Part shown: positions 1-9,410 of the stretch, piece after piece
How positions within the stretch are numbered: the stretch's first letter is position 1
Layout of the letters: every line of letters begins with the position of its first letter
NCBI GenBank assembly: GCA_963816395.1
Contig: CAWFKQ010000009.1
Span: 288,001-352,000, forward strand
Length of the DNA: 64,000 nucleotides
From: an uncultured delta proteobacterium
GTDB lineage: Bacteria > Desulfobacterota > Desulfuromonadia > Desulfuromonadales > JACZKF01
Direction: 5' to 3'
Program-made: the position numbers and the translations under genes
Notes under the pieces: generated by a model
Database searches by the model: none
The model's input: only the letters and a program-made list of their open reading frames with translations
What the model was told of the DNA's origin: nothing

Positions 1-906
1 GCGCTGCCGGGCCATCAGGGCTACCGGGAAGCCCGCGGCAAGTTCGAGCAGGCCTGGGGAGTGCAGCTTCCGGAGAGTGGCCGGGATGCCCTGGGCATCC
101 TGGAGGGAATCGAACAGGGTGCGATCAAGGTCCTGTATCTGGCCGCTACCAACCCCCTGGTTTCTTTCCCCGACAGCAACCGCTGGCGGCAGGCGCTGAA
201 GAAGGTGGAGTTCCTGGTGGTTCAGGACATCCTCGCCTCGGAGCTGACGGAAATCGCCCAGGTGGTTCTGCCCGGGGTCTCACCGGCCGAGAAGAGCGGC
301 AGCGTCACTTCCCTCGACCATCGGGTGAGCTGTCTCGGCCAGGCCGTTTCGCCGCGCGGCGATTCCCGGGAAGACTGGGATATCCTGGCCGAACTCTACC
401 GCCGGCTGCTGCCGAGGACCGGGAGTTTCTCCAGCGAGGGACTGCTGGCGGAGATGAAGTCACTCACTCCCCTTTACAGCGAGGTCTGTCTGAAGCCCAG
501 CGGTCGTTGCCGCCCCTGGCAGAAGGAAGCGTATCAGCCGGTGGAGAAAGGGCTGCACTATGTCCCGGCGGAAAGCCGCGACGGGGACAGCGGCAAGCTC
601 CAGTTGCTGAGCGGAAAAATCCTCTACCATTTCGGCACCACCTCCACCTACGCCGAGGCGAACCTGGAAGTGGCCCCCGCGGGCTACATTGAAATGCATC
701 CCGAAGAAGCCAGCGCCCTCGGCGTCCGCGACGGAGGGATCGTGCAGCTCTCCTCGGCCATAGGCAAAACCCGGGGACCCGTGCGCATCAGCGACAAGGT
801 CCCGCCCGGACTGCTCTTTGCGCCCTATCACTTCCAGGCTCTGAACATCCAGCAGATCATGCCCGCCGGGCAGAATCGGGTGGAGGTTCAGGTCAGCAAG
901 TTATAG
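1..906 (+). CDS. Molybdopterin oxidoreductase family alpha subunit (FdhA/NuoG/SfrA-like), C-terminal part, 5' truncated by window
   Basis: Open frame from base 1; motifs FLVVQDI..SELT..A.VVLP, EKSGS.T, REDW.IL and C-terminal molybdopterin-dinucleotide-binding domain (IEMHPEEA..LGV.DG, VPPG.LFAPYHF). Confidence 0.8.
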   Translation, partial: ALPGHQGYREARGKFEQAWGVQLPESGRDALGILEGIEQGAIKVLYLAATNPLVSFPDSNRWRQALKKVEFLVVQDILASELTEIAQVVLPGVSPAEKSGSVTSLDHRVSCLGQAVSPRGDSREDWDILAELYRRLLPRTGSFSSEGLLAEMKSLTPLYSEVCLKPSGRCRPWQKEAYQPVEKGLHYVPAESRDGDSGKLQLLSGKILYHFGTTSTYAEANLEVAPAGYIEMHPEEASALGVRDGGIVQLSSAIGKTRGPVRISDKVPPGLLFAPYHFQALNIQQIMPAGQNRVEVQVSKL

Positions 907-932
907 CGGCCTTTGCCATTTAATGCAGATCC

Positions 933-960
933 AAGGCGTCCCGTACGGGGCGCCTTTTTT
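933..960 (+). terminator. Rho-independent terminator
   Basis: AAGGCGTCCC-gtac-GGGGCGCCTT stem followed by T-run, 27 nt after the stop codon. Confidence 0.8.
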
Positions 961-979
961 CACCCCATTCGGAGCGGCG

Positions 980-1056
980 GTCATTGGTCATTGACGATCG
1001 GCGGACTTGGTCAGACAATGGTTTCAATAAGTGACAGGTGACCAATGACCAATGAC
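980..1056. repeat. Inverted pair of heptamer tandems (GTCATTG)2 ... (CAATGAC)2
   Basis: GTCATTGGTCATTG at 980-993 is the exact reverse complement of CAATGACCAATGAC at 1043-1056. Confidence 0.85.
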
Positions 1057-2415
1057 GCTTTCCCTTATCAGCTCCGCCGTTATCTCGGGAAAAGCGCGGT
1101 ATTGCCGGCCCCTGGCTGCTGGAGGGAGCCGGCGGTCGCGATTTCGCCGGGGCGGTGGTGATTCCCGCCCTCGCCGAGGAGACAAGCCTCTATTCCACCC
1201 TCGACAGCCTGGCCGCCAACCCGCCGGAAATCCTGACCCGGTTTCTGGCGGTGGTGGTGGTCAATCATCCAATCGATGCCGGGGACACAATAAAGGAAGA
1301 GAACCGGCGCACCCTGTGCCGGCTGCCTGGGGCCGCCGCCGGTCTGCCCCTGGCCTGGGTGGACGCCGCCTCGCCGGGGCGGGAACTGCCGGTCGGGGAA
1401 GGAGTGGGCCTGGCACGCAAGCTCGGTTTCGATCTGGTGCTGGAGCGGCTTGCCTGGGGTTCGGCGCCGCCGCTGCTCATCGCTCTGGATGCCGATACCC
1501 TGGTGCGTCCCGATTATCTGGCGGCGATCGAGGATCATTTCCGCCGGGTGCCTGAAGGTGGGGCGATCGTTCCCTTCTGCCATCAGCGCGGAGAAACGCC
1601 GGAGCAGGACCGGGCCATCGCCCATTATGAACTCTTCCTGCGCAGCTATGCCCTGGGACTGGCCCTGGCCGGCTCCCCCTATGCCTTTCCCACCGTCGGC
1701 AGTGCCATGGCCTGTCGCGCCGACGCCTACCTGCAGGCCGGCGGCATGAACCGCCGGGCAGCCGGCGAAGACTTCTATTTCCTGCAACAACTGGTCAAGA
1801 CCGCCGGGGTGGCGCCGCTGCGCGGCACGGTGGTCCGTCCTTCCGCCCGCTCCTCCCGGCGCACCCCTTTCGGCACCGGCCGCAGCGTCGCGCGCCTGCT
1901 CGCCGGCGGCCAAGGCCTGGACTTTCACCAGGCCGACTCCTTCCGGCTGCTCGGTGGCTGGCTGGCGTTGGCGGATGCTGCCTGGCAGGCACCGGCCAAC
2001 GGCCATTCTGCTGGCGGCGCGAGAGCTTTCCCCCGTCCTGGGCAACTACCTGGAGCAGGCCGGCCTGCCTGCGGTCTGGCCCCGTCTGCAGCGCCAGCAC
2101 CGTACCCGGCCTGCCTTTTGCAGCGCCTTCCACGGCTGGTTCGACGCCCTGAAGACCCGCAAGCTGATCCATCTTCTGTCCTGCGGCCCTTTCCCCGACC
2201 AGCCGCCTGATCAGGCGTTGCCGCCGCTCCTAAGGTGGGCGGGCTTCCCGGTGACGGCGGATCTCTTTACCCAATTAGCCCTGCTGCGGGGCTGTCCGGC
2301 ACCGCCGGGCCCTGCGGATGAATGCGAAGATGAATTTGAGCTTTGCCTGAGGCGCTGTAATGTTGTAGGATTTGACAGCACCCCGCTGCAGGCGGCAGAA
2401 ATGACCGGGGATTGA
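1045..2415 (+). CDS. Glycosyltransferase family 2-like protein (frameshifts near 1090 and 2000)
   Basis: Reconstructed MTNDAFPYQLRRYLG/KRGIAGPW...VVIPALAEE; GVGLARKLGFD, DAD motif (LDADT), GEDFYFLQ; C-terminus continues in frame 1954..2415; end uncertain. Confidence 0.7.
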
Positions 2416-2416
2416 T

Positions 2417-2797
2417 ATGAGTGAAACACCAGATACTCTCCAGGGGAACAAAAGGGCCAGGTTGCGGGCACCGCTGCTGGTGCTGAAGGTGCGGCTGGAG
2501 GATAACGGGCGGGTCTTCTTCGGCTATGCCAGCAACATCAGCCGCAGTGGCATCTTCATCGCCACCACCAACCCCCGCGAGCCAGGCAGTCAATTCAAGG
2601 TGGAGATTCCTCTTCCGGCCCCTCTCGGCATGGTCGTGCAATGCACCTGTGAGGTCGTCTGGAAGCGGGAATTCAGTCGTAAATCCCTCCATGACCCGGG
2701 CATGGGACTCAAATTTCTCGATCTGCCCGAGGCAACCGCCGAGAGCATCGATGCCTGGGTGAAGACCCAGATCGAGCCGCCGCCGGAAAAAGACTGA
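2417..2797 (+). CDS. PilZ domain protein
   Basis: RxxxR (KRARLR), NISRSGIFI, CEVVW, GMGLKF motifs. Confidence 0.85.
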   Translation: MSETPDTLQGNKRARLRAPLLVLKVRLEDNGRVFFGYASNISRSGIFIATTNPREPGSQFKVEIPLPAPLGMVVQCTCEVVWKREFSRKSLHDPGMGLKFLDLPEATAESIDAWVKTQIEPPPEKD

Positions 2798-3078
2798 AAG
2801 TTCCCTCGCTCTGCAGAGGCTTCATGCCAGGGCCCTCGCCTGCCAATTTTACCCTCAGCTGCCGAATAGTCTCCCGCCCAACGCGCATTCACTTGCCCGC
2901 GAGCATTCTCCTGCGCCGCGGGGAAATTTTTCCGTGCAGAAAACTGCCTCCATGCTCCAGCCTCGAATCTCCGCCAAAAAGCCCCCTCGGCCCGGGTAAA
3001 AACGGCAAGGGCACCTGGGTTTCCCAAGTCGATGTCAGGAAAAGGGCAGGCGGCCGACCTGGGTAGAGTTTCCCCTGT

Positions 3079-3107
3079 TTGACAATAATGAAACCCTCGA
3101 TGATAAT
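3079..3107 (+). promoter_or_regulatory. Putative sigma-70 promoter
   Basis: TTGACA (3079-3084), 17-nt spacer, GATAAT (3102-3107), 58 nt upstream of the ferritin-like gene. Confidence 0.6.
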
Positions 3108-3164
3108 TTTATGAAGCCGGCTCAATGCCGTAAGGTGCATTCAACCCCAAGGGAGGAGACGAGC

Positions 3165-3662
3165 ATGCCACAGGAATTCAATTTGCAGGAAGCACTCAAG
3201 ATGGCTATTCAGACGGAGAAAAACGTCGGCGATTTTTACCGGCGAGCGGCGGAAATCACCCAGGACCCACAGGGCAGGAAGGTTTTCGAACTGCTCGCCC
3301 GGGAGGAGCGGGAGCACGCCAGCCATTTCTTCCCGCTTTACCACGGAGAAGACCTGGGGAGCTTCGAGGAATTCATGGCCCGTCCGGCCAAGACCGATAC
3401 CGCCATGCACAAGGCGCTGGCGAAAGCCCTTGACGAAAACGTGCACGAGCGCAAGGCAATGGAAATCGCCCTGCGGGAGGAGGAGGATCTGGAGAAGAAC
3501 CTGCGCCTGACCGCCACCAGGATCATCGATCCGGCGGTCCGGGGCGTCTTCGAGAAAATGGCGCAGGAAACCCATAATCACTACGAACTGATCGAGTCGG
3601 AATATGCCCGCCTGATGGCCATGGTCCACGAGACCGATATCGATACCTATGTCCGCGAGTAG
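3165..3662 (+). CDS. Ferritin-like/rubrerythrin-domain di-iron protein
   Basis: [15 protein letters not shown]...FY, EEREH, AMEIALREEE, ETHNH (ExxH pairs); no rubredoxin domain. Confidence 0.85.
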   Translation: MPQEFNLQEALKMAIQTEKNVGDFYRRAAEITQDPQGRKVFELLAREEREHASHFFPLYHGEDLGSFEEFMARPAKTDTAMHKALAKALDENVHERKAMEIALREEEDLEKNLRLTATRIIDPAVRGVFEKMAQETHNHYELIESEYARLMAMVHETDIDTYVRE

Positions 3663-3945
3663 TCTTCTGCCGCTTTTGCTCCTCAGCGTTTGCCTGCTCC
3701 CGGCGCCGCTGGCCGCGGTGGAAAACCTGGGCGGGCACTTTCGTGATCCGGCAGAATTCCGGCAGGTCATCGATCTCCGCTGCGTCGGCTGCCACGACCG
3801 CGAGCGGGTCGAGCAGGCCCGGCGCCGGCAGGAGGCGCTGGAACCGCTGATGCGGCGGATGGCCGAGCACGGGGCGGTCCTCAGTCCCCGGGAGCGGGAA
3901 GTGCTCGGCGCGTTCTGGGGTTCGCCATTGCGGGATAAAGAATAA
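3649..3945 (+). CDS. Small exported monoheme c-type cytochrome
   Basis: Hydrophobic signal peptide, single CVGCH motif, downstream Met (MRRM) as possible axial ligand; overlaps upstream stop. Confidence 0.7.
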   Translation: MSASSLLPLLLLSVCLLPAPLAAVENLGGHFRDPAEFRQVIDLRCVGCHDRERVEQARRRQEALEPLMRRMAEHGAVLSPREREVLGAFWGSPLRDKE

Positions 3946-3972
3946 TTTCGCCTCTCGGTTTCGAGTCGCCGG

Positions 3973-4008
3973 CCGGCGGTAAAGGAGCGATTGCTCCTTT
4001 ACCGCCGG
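3973..4008. repeat. Perfect 16-bp hairpin
   Basis: CCGGCGGTAAAGGAGC-gatt-GCTCCTTTACCGCCGG. Confidence 0.85.
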
Positions 4009-4049
4009 TCTGTTATGGTGGTGCATCCAAATCTCAGGAGGGGGAAATC

Positions 4050-4736
4050 ATGCGACGGATCAAGGATTGGCCGGCTGCGGAGCGGCCGCGGGAGAAGCTT
4101 CTGCAGCGCGGCGCCGAGGCCCTGAGCGATGCCGAACTGCTGGCCCTGGTGCTGCGCACCGGCGATGCCGCCTCGGGAATGAGCGCCCTCGACCACGCCC
4201 GCCTGCTGCTGACCCGCTTCGGCTCCCTGCGCGAGCTGGCCCGGGCGACCATCAGCGAACTCTGCCTGGTGAAGGGGATCGGCCCGGCCAAAGCGGCGGA
4301 GCTCCAGGCGGTCTTCCAGATCGCCCGGCGTTTCGGCACCGAAGTCCTGCGGCCGGGGGAGCGCTTCACCTCATCGGCGGAAGTCTTCCGCCACTATCAC
4401 GAGCGGCTGCGCGACCACAAGCGGGAGGTCTTCCTCGCCCTGCTCCTGGACGGTAAAAACCGGGTGATCCGCGAAGTGCAGGTTTCCGAGGGGAGCCTGA
4501 CCGCCAGCATCGTTCACCCGCGCGAGGTCTTCGCGCCGGTGGTGCGGGAATCGGCGGCGGCGGTTCTCTTCATCCACAATCATCCCTCCGGTGATCCCAC
4601 TCCCAGCCGCGAGGACCTGGAAATCACCACCCGCCTGCGCGAGGCTGGCGAGCTGATGGGAGTGCGGGTCCTGGACCACATCATCATCGGCAGCGGCGAA
4701 TACGTGAGTTTCGTCGATCGCGGCTTGCTGGGGTGA
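4050..4736 (+). CDS. radC: RadC/JAB-domain protein
   Basis: ERPREKL..G..ALSDAELLA, HhH GIGPAKA, VHPREVF, HNHPSGDPTPSRED, LDHIIIG. Confidence 0.95.
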   Translation: MRRIKDWPAAERPREKLLQRGAEALSDAELLALVLRTGDAASGMSALDHARLLLTRFGSLRELARATISELCLVKGIGPAKAAELQAVFQIARRFGTEVLRPGERFTSSAEVFRHYHERLRDHKREVFLALLLDGKNRVIREVQVSEGSLTASIVHPREVFAPVVRESAAAVLFIHNHPSGDPTPSREDLEITTRLREAGELMGVRVLDHIIIGSGEYVSFVDRGLLG

Positions 4737-4933
4737 ATACAATCTGCGGGACCGCTGGTTTCCAGGCCCGTTGATCCCCTGGCCGGTAAAAACCCGAAAT
4801 TCAGATTTCAGCCGGGCGGATCGCCAGCGAAACGAATCGCCCCCGGTTGATTCTCTTTTTCTCCCCGTGTTAATCTGATGTCTCTTTCACCGCCGGGCTG
4901 CAACCCGGCTTTCTTTTCTTTTGGTGAGACTGC

Positions 4934-7315
4934 ATGAAGTCGAAGCTTTCTCCGCAACCTGAACTGCTGGCCCCGGCCGGAAGCCTGGAAGCGTTCTTTG
5001 CCGGCATGGAAAACGGCGCCGATGCCGTCTACACCGGCCTGCGCGATTTTTCCGCCCGGGCCAAGGCGAAAAACGTCAGCCTGGCGGACCTGGAGGGGAT
5101 GCTCCGCTATGCCCACGGCCTCGGCCGGCGGGTGTATGTGACCCTCAACACCCTGGTGAAGGAGGACGAGCTGCCGAAGCTGGTGGAGACCCTGGCCGCC
5201 CTGGAGGCGCTGGCGGTGGACGGGATCATCCTCCAGGATATGGCGGTGTCTCGGCTGGCCCGCCGGCACTTTCCCGATCTGCCCCTGCACGCCAGCACCC
5301 AGATGACGGTACACAATGCGGCCGGGGTGAAGATGCTGGAGCGGCTCGGCTTCTCCCGCGCCGTGCTGGCCCGCGAGCTGTCGCTGGCGGAGATTGCCGC
5401 CATTCGCCGCCAGACCAGCATGGAGCTGGAGCACTTCATTCACGGCGCGCTCTGCTTCTCCCTCTCCGGCCAGTGCTACTTCTCCTCCTGGCTGGGGGGG
5501 AAAAGCGGCAACCGCGGACGCTGCGCCCAGCCGTGCCGGCGCCGCTACCGCTACCGCGGACAGGAAGGATACTACTTCTCGACCAACGATCTCTCGGCCA
5601 TCGACCTGCTCCCCGAGCTGGCCGCCGCCGGGGTGATCAGCTTCAAGATCGAAGGGCGGATGAAGAGCGCCGAGTACGTGGCCAGCGTGGTCGGCGCCTA
5701 CCGGCAGGTCCTCGATGCGGCGCCCGCTCAACGGGCGGCAACGGTACGCGAGGCCAAGGAGCGGCTCAAACTCTCCTTCGGCCGGCTGCCTACCCGGGGT
5801 TTTCTCCCGGGCGGCAAGCCCACCGATATCGCTGTCCCCTCGGTGAAGGGCGCCACCGGCCGTTTCCTCGGCGAGGTGGAGGGGGTGCGAAGTGGGGAAA
5901 TCACCTTTCGCAGCCGCGACCGGCTGCATATCGGCGACCGCCTGCGCATTCAGCCCAAGTCCGATCAGGCCGGGACCGCCTTCACCGTCAAGGAGCTGCG
6001 CCTCGGCCGTCAGCCGGCCAAGGCGGCGCCGGCGGGGGCCATGGTCACGGTTTTCTCTCCATTTCCAAAGGCTTTTCGCAGCGGCGACGCGGTCTTCAAG
6101 GTCTCTTCCGAGCAGGCCTTCACCCTCAGCGAGGCCGCCTGCCGTCGCCGCCTGGCGCAGGCGCCGCCGCCCGCTGAAGCGCTGCGCCTGCAGGTCGGGC
6201 TGGCTGGCGGCGAGCTGCGCCTGCGCGGGGAAGCCGGCGGTATCGTCCTTGAGCGTGCCTATCCGGTGCCGGTTTATCCGGCCAGCGACAGCCCCCTGAC
6301 GGCGGCCACCCTGCAGGGGGTATTTGCCCGCACGGCGGGTGAGCCTTTTATTCTGGAGCATGTGGAAACCGACGATCTGCCGCCGGTGATCATCCCTCCC
6401 AGTCGCCTCAAGGAGGTGCGCCGCGACTTCTACCGGGCGCTGGCCCGGGAGCGGGAGGGGCTGCGGCAGGTCCGCCAGCAGGAGCGGCGGCGCCAGGCCC
6501 TGGCCGATCTTCTGCCGGCGGCGCCACCGCGGCCGGCGACCGGGGGTGAGGTTACCGTCGCCCTCTCTTCCCTGCGCGATGCCCATCTGCTCGGGACTCC
6601 CGGGGTCGACCGCATCCAGGTCCCTCTCACCCCCGCCGCCCTGGCGCATTTCGGGCCAGCCAGCCGCCGCCTGCAGGGCCGGGAAAAGAAAGTTGTCTGG
6701 GATCTTCCCTTCATCATCTTCGACGGCGATTGGGATGGTTATCGCTCCGCGGTGCGCCAGCTGGCCGAGCGCGGCTTCACCCACTTCCGCCTGAACAACC
6801 TCGGGCATTTCACCTTATTTGACGGAATAGAGGGGCTCACCCTGCTGGCCGGTTACCGCCTCTTCTCCCTGAACAGCCAGGCGCTTCTCACCTGGCGGGA
6901 GCTCGGGGTGGCGGAGGCGACCCTTTACCTGGAGGATGACCGGGAGAACCTGCGGCAACTTCTCGGCCGCGAAACCGGCATCCAGGCAGCCATCACCCTC
7001 TTTGCCCCGGTTCCCCTGATCACCTCCCGCATTGCCATCCGCGGTGCCCGCTCCGATACCCCCTTTCTTTCCGACCGGGGCGAGGCCTATCGGGTCGATG
7101 CCCGCTCCGGCCTGACGGTCCTCACCGCCGAAACCGATTTTTCCCTGCTCGGACGGCAGGAGGAGCTGCAGGCAATGGGCTGCTCCCGATTCCTCCTCGA
7201 CCTCTCCGCAACCGGCCCTTTTTCGCCGCGCGGCAAGCAGGTGCTGGAGGCGCTGCGGCGGGGAACCCCCATGGCGGGGACGGCGCCCTTCAACTACGAA
7301 AGGGGAATGGAGTAG
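4934..7315 (+). CDS. Peptidase U32 family protein (RlhA-like RNA hydroxylase, long form)
   Basis: ELLAPAGS, GADAVY, HASTQM, E.FIHGALC.S.SGQC, NRGRCAQPCR, FKIEGRMK. Confidence 0.9.
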   Translation: MKSKLSPQPELLAPAGSLEAFFAGMENGADAVYTGLRDFSARAKAKNVSLADLEGMLRYAHGLGRRVYVTLNTLVKEDELPKLVETLAALEALAVDGIILQDMAVSRLARRHFPDLPLHASTQMTVHNAAGVKMLERLGFSRAVLARELSLAEIAAIRRQTSMELEHFIHGALCFSLSGQCYFSSWLGGKSGNRGRCAQPCRRRYRYRGQEGYYFSTNDLSAIDLLPELAAAGVISFKIEGRMKSAEYVASVVGAYRQVLDAAPAQRAATVREAKERLKLSFGRLPTRGFLPGGKPTDIAVPSVKGATGRFLGEVEGVRSGEITFRSRDRLHIGDRLRIQPKSDQAGTAFTVKELRLGRQPAKAAPAGAMVTVFSPFPKAFRSGDAVFKVSSEQAFTLSEAACRRRLAQAPPPAEALRLQVGLAGGELRLRGEAGGIVLERAYPVPVYPASDSPLTAATLQGVFARTAGEPFILEHVETDDLPPVIIPPSRLKEVRRDFYRALAREREGLRQVRQQERRRQALADLLPAAPPRPATGGEVTVALSSLRDAHLLGTPGVDRIQVPLTPAALAHFGPASRRLQGREKKVVWDLPFIIFDGDWDGYRSAVRQLAERGFTHFRLNNLGHFTLFDGIEGLTLLAGYRLFSLNSQALLTWRELGVAEATLYLEDDRENLRQLLGRETGIQAAITLFAPVPLITSRIAIRGARSDTPFLSDRGEAYRVDARSGLTVLTAETDFSLLGRQEELQAMGCSRFLLDLSATGPFSPRGKQVLEALRRGTPMAGTAPFNYERGME

Positions 7316-7418
7316 GAAGATTTGCCACCGCCTCCCGGGCCAGCCCGCTTGAGATGCCGTCCGCCCTTGACTATTATTGGAGGAGAAAAGGAACTCGACA
7401 GTCACGGAAGGAGTCATT

Positions 7419-8615
7419 ATGGCAAGCAAGGGCACAATCGGCATCCTCACCGGCGGCGGCGATGTCCCCGGCCTCAATCCGGCCATCCGCGCCGTCACCT
7501 ACCGCGCCCTGCGCGAGGGCTACCGCGTTCTGGGGATCCGCCGCGGCTGGGCCGGGCTGGTGGAGATGAATCCCGACCCGCAGGCGGACAACAGCGCCCA
7601 TGTCCAGGAGCTGACCCAGGAGATCGTCAACCGCGCCGGCCGCACCGGCGGCACCTTTCTGCATACCTCGCGTACCCGCCCCAGCCATCTGCCAAAGACC
7701 AATCTGCCGGCGCACCTGCGCGACAAGTACTCCGAGGACATCAACGATGTCACCCCCGACATCCTGCGCAACCTGGAATTCCTCGGCATCGACTTCCTCA
7801 TACCCATCGGCGGCGACGATACCCTGAGTTATGCCGGACGCCTGCACAACGAGGGAGTGAGAGTGGTGGCTATCCCGAAAACGATGGACAACGATGTCCC
7901 GGGCACCGATTACTGCATCGGTTTCTCCACCTGCGTTACCCGCACCATTGAGCTGACCCACAAGCTGCGCACCTCGGCCGGTTCGCACGAGCGCTTCCTG
8001 GTGCTGGAGGTCTTCGGCCGTTATGCCGGCTTCACCGCCCTGCTGCCGACCATGGCCGGCGCCGCCGACCGCTGCGTCATTCCCGAGCATACTTTCGACA
8101 TGGAGCGGCTGACCGAACTCATGGTCTCCGACCGCAACAATCACCCGAGCAAGTATTCGGTGGTGCTCATCTCCGAGGGGGCGCGCATGGCGCACGAGGA
8201 GGATATGTCCTTTGAGGGGGCGGAGAAGGACCAGTACGGTCATCGCAAGCTGGGGGGAATCGGCGACAAGGTGGCGGCCAAGCTGAAGGAGCTCTCGCCG
8301 AAATACAACGGCGGCCAGCGGATCAACGTGGTCAGCCAGCGCCTCGGCTACCTGGTGCGCTGCGGCGATCCGGACGCCTTCGATTCCATCGTTCCCATGG
8401 CCTTCGGCAACATCGCCCTCGACCTGGTGCTGGAAAATACCTCCGGCCGCCTGGTGATCCTGCACAACGGGGTTTACGACACGGCGCCTATCGACGTCAT
8501 TACCGGCCATCACAAGGTGGTCGACGTCGGCAAGTATTTCCATACTGAACGGCTGCGCCCGAAATACGAGAGTTTTGTGCGCCAACCGCTGTTCATCATG
8601 ACGAGTGAGTATTAA
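7419..8615 (+). CDS. pfkA: 6-phosphofructokinase (PfkA family)
   Basis: GILTGGGDVPGLN, GGTFLHTSR, GGDDT, PKTMDND, EVFGRYAG. Confidence 0.92.
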   Translation: MASKGTIGILTGGGDVPGLNPAIRAVTYRALREGYRVLGIRRGWAGLVEMNPDPQADNSAHVQELTQEIVNRAGRTGGTFLHTSRTRPSHLPKTNLPAHLRDKYSEDINDVTPDILRNLEFLGIDFLIPIGGDDTLSYAGRLHNEGVRVVAIPKTMDNDVPGTDYCIGFSTCVTRTIELTHKLRTSAGSHERFLVLEVFGRYAGFTALLPTMAGAADRCVIPEHTFDMERLTELMVSDRNNHPSKYSVVLISEGARMAHEEDMSFEGAEKDQYGHRKLGGIGDKVAAKLKELSPKYNGGQRINVVSQRLGYLVRCGDPDAFDSIVPMAFGNIALDLVLENTSGRLVILHNGVYDTAPIDVITGHHKVVDVGKYFHTERLRPKYESFVRQPLFIMTSEY

Positions 8616-8619
8616 ATGC

Positions 8620-8705
8620 AGGCGAGAGGCTAGAGGGAGAACCTGAGGCAAGGGGCCGAAGCGGTGAGCGATTTTCCTCTTGCCTCTAGCCGCTTGCCTC
8701 CAGCC
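8620..8705. repeat. Degenerate heptamer tandems in inverted orientation between convergent genes
   Basis: GGCGAGA GGCTAGA GG ... CCTCTTG CCTCTAG CCGCTTG CCTCCAG; overlaps the stop of the YkgJ gene. Confidence 0.6.
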
Positions 8706-9333
8706 TGCGAAAGTCAATGAGCAAAGCCGTAGCGATATAGGTGTCGAGTTCGCCGCCGCCGATCCCCAGGCAGGCGGCGAGCTGCCGCAGCAGCCGTGCT
8801 TCGGTGCTGAACAGGCGGCGGAATCCCCCGCGCAGCTCCGGCATGGCCAGGGGATCGGCGCCGGGGAAATTGCGGGTGCACCAGTCGTCGGCAAAGATCT
8901 CGCCGGAGAGATCGACGTGCGGCAGGCCGTGCAGGCGGCAGAGGAGGGGGCGGCCGCTATAGGCCAGGCAGCGGCCGGCCGCGTCGAGAAGGGGGCAGGG
9001 GGTGGCGTTCTCTTCCGGGGAATCCCACTCGGCCTCCGGCAGCTCATTGAGGAGAAAGGGATGGCCAAAATCGGGCCATTTTGCCTGCAGCCGTCCCAGC
9101 TGCCAGTGCGCCCGGGCCAGGACCGGCTCCCGCCCGGCAGCGGGCAGGAGGGCGAATGCCTCCTGCAGCACCAGGGCATCGAGCAGCGTCACATCGAACA
9201 GGCCGTGACAGCACCCGGCGCAGCCCTCGCCGCAGCGCAGCCGGGTGCCGGCGGCCGCCGCGCAGCGGGCGAACCATTCATCCGCCGCCTCCAGCAGCCC
9301 CCGATACTCTTTCAGCAGTTCCATCCGGACCAA
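8686..9333 (-). CDS. YkgJ family cysteine-cluster protein
   Basis: CGEGCAGCC, CPLLD..GRC..Y..RPLLCR motifs. Confidence 0.85.
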   Translation of the reverse strand: MVRMELLKEYRGLLEAADEWFARCAAAAGTRLRCGEGCAGCCHGLFDVTLLDALVLQEAFALLPAAGREPVLARAHWQLGRLQAKWPDFGHPFLLNELPEAEWDSPEENATPCPLLDAAGRCLAYSGRPLLCRLHGLPHVDLSGEIFADDWCTRNFPGADPLAMPELRGGFRRLFSTEARLLRQLAACLGIGGGELDTYIATALLIDFRRLEASG

Positions 9334-9410
9334 TCTGCGCCCCCCAACTGCGGCAGGGGCGCGAATGCCGCACCCCTGTCATTTAAAACCGTCAGCTCTG
9401 CGGCAACCGG

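Noticed and set aside
4050..4736. radC as a marker of a mobile element
   Set aside because: Full-length chromosomal form with HhH region in a housekeeping context; no integrase nearby
4808..6808. Long antisense or alternate-frame ORFs (also 31464..33386, 36389..38524, 51379..53667 and others)
   Set aside because: Shadow ORFs expected in high-GC DNA opposite well-supported genes; no motifs
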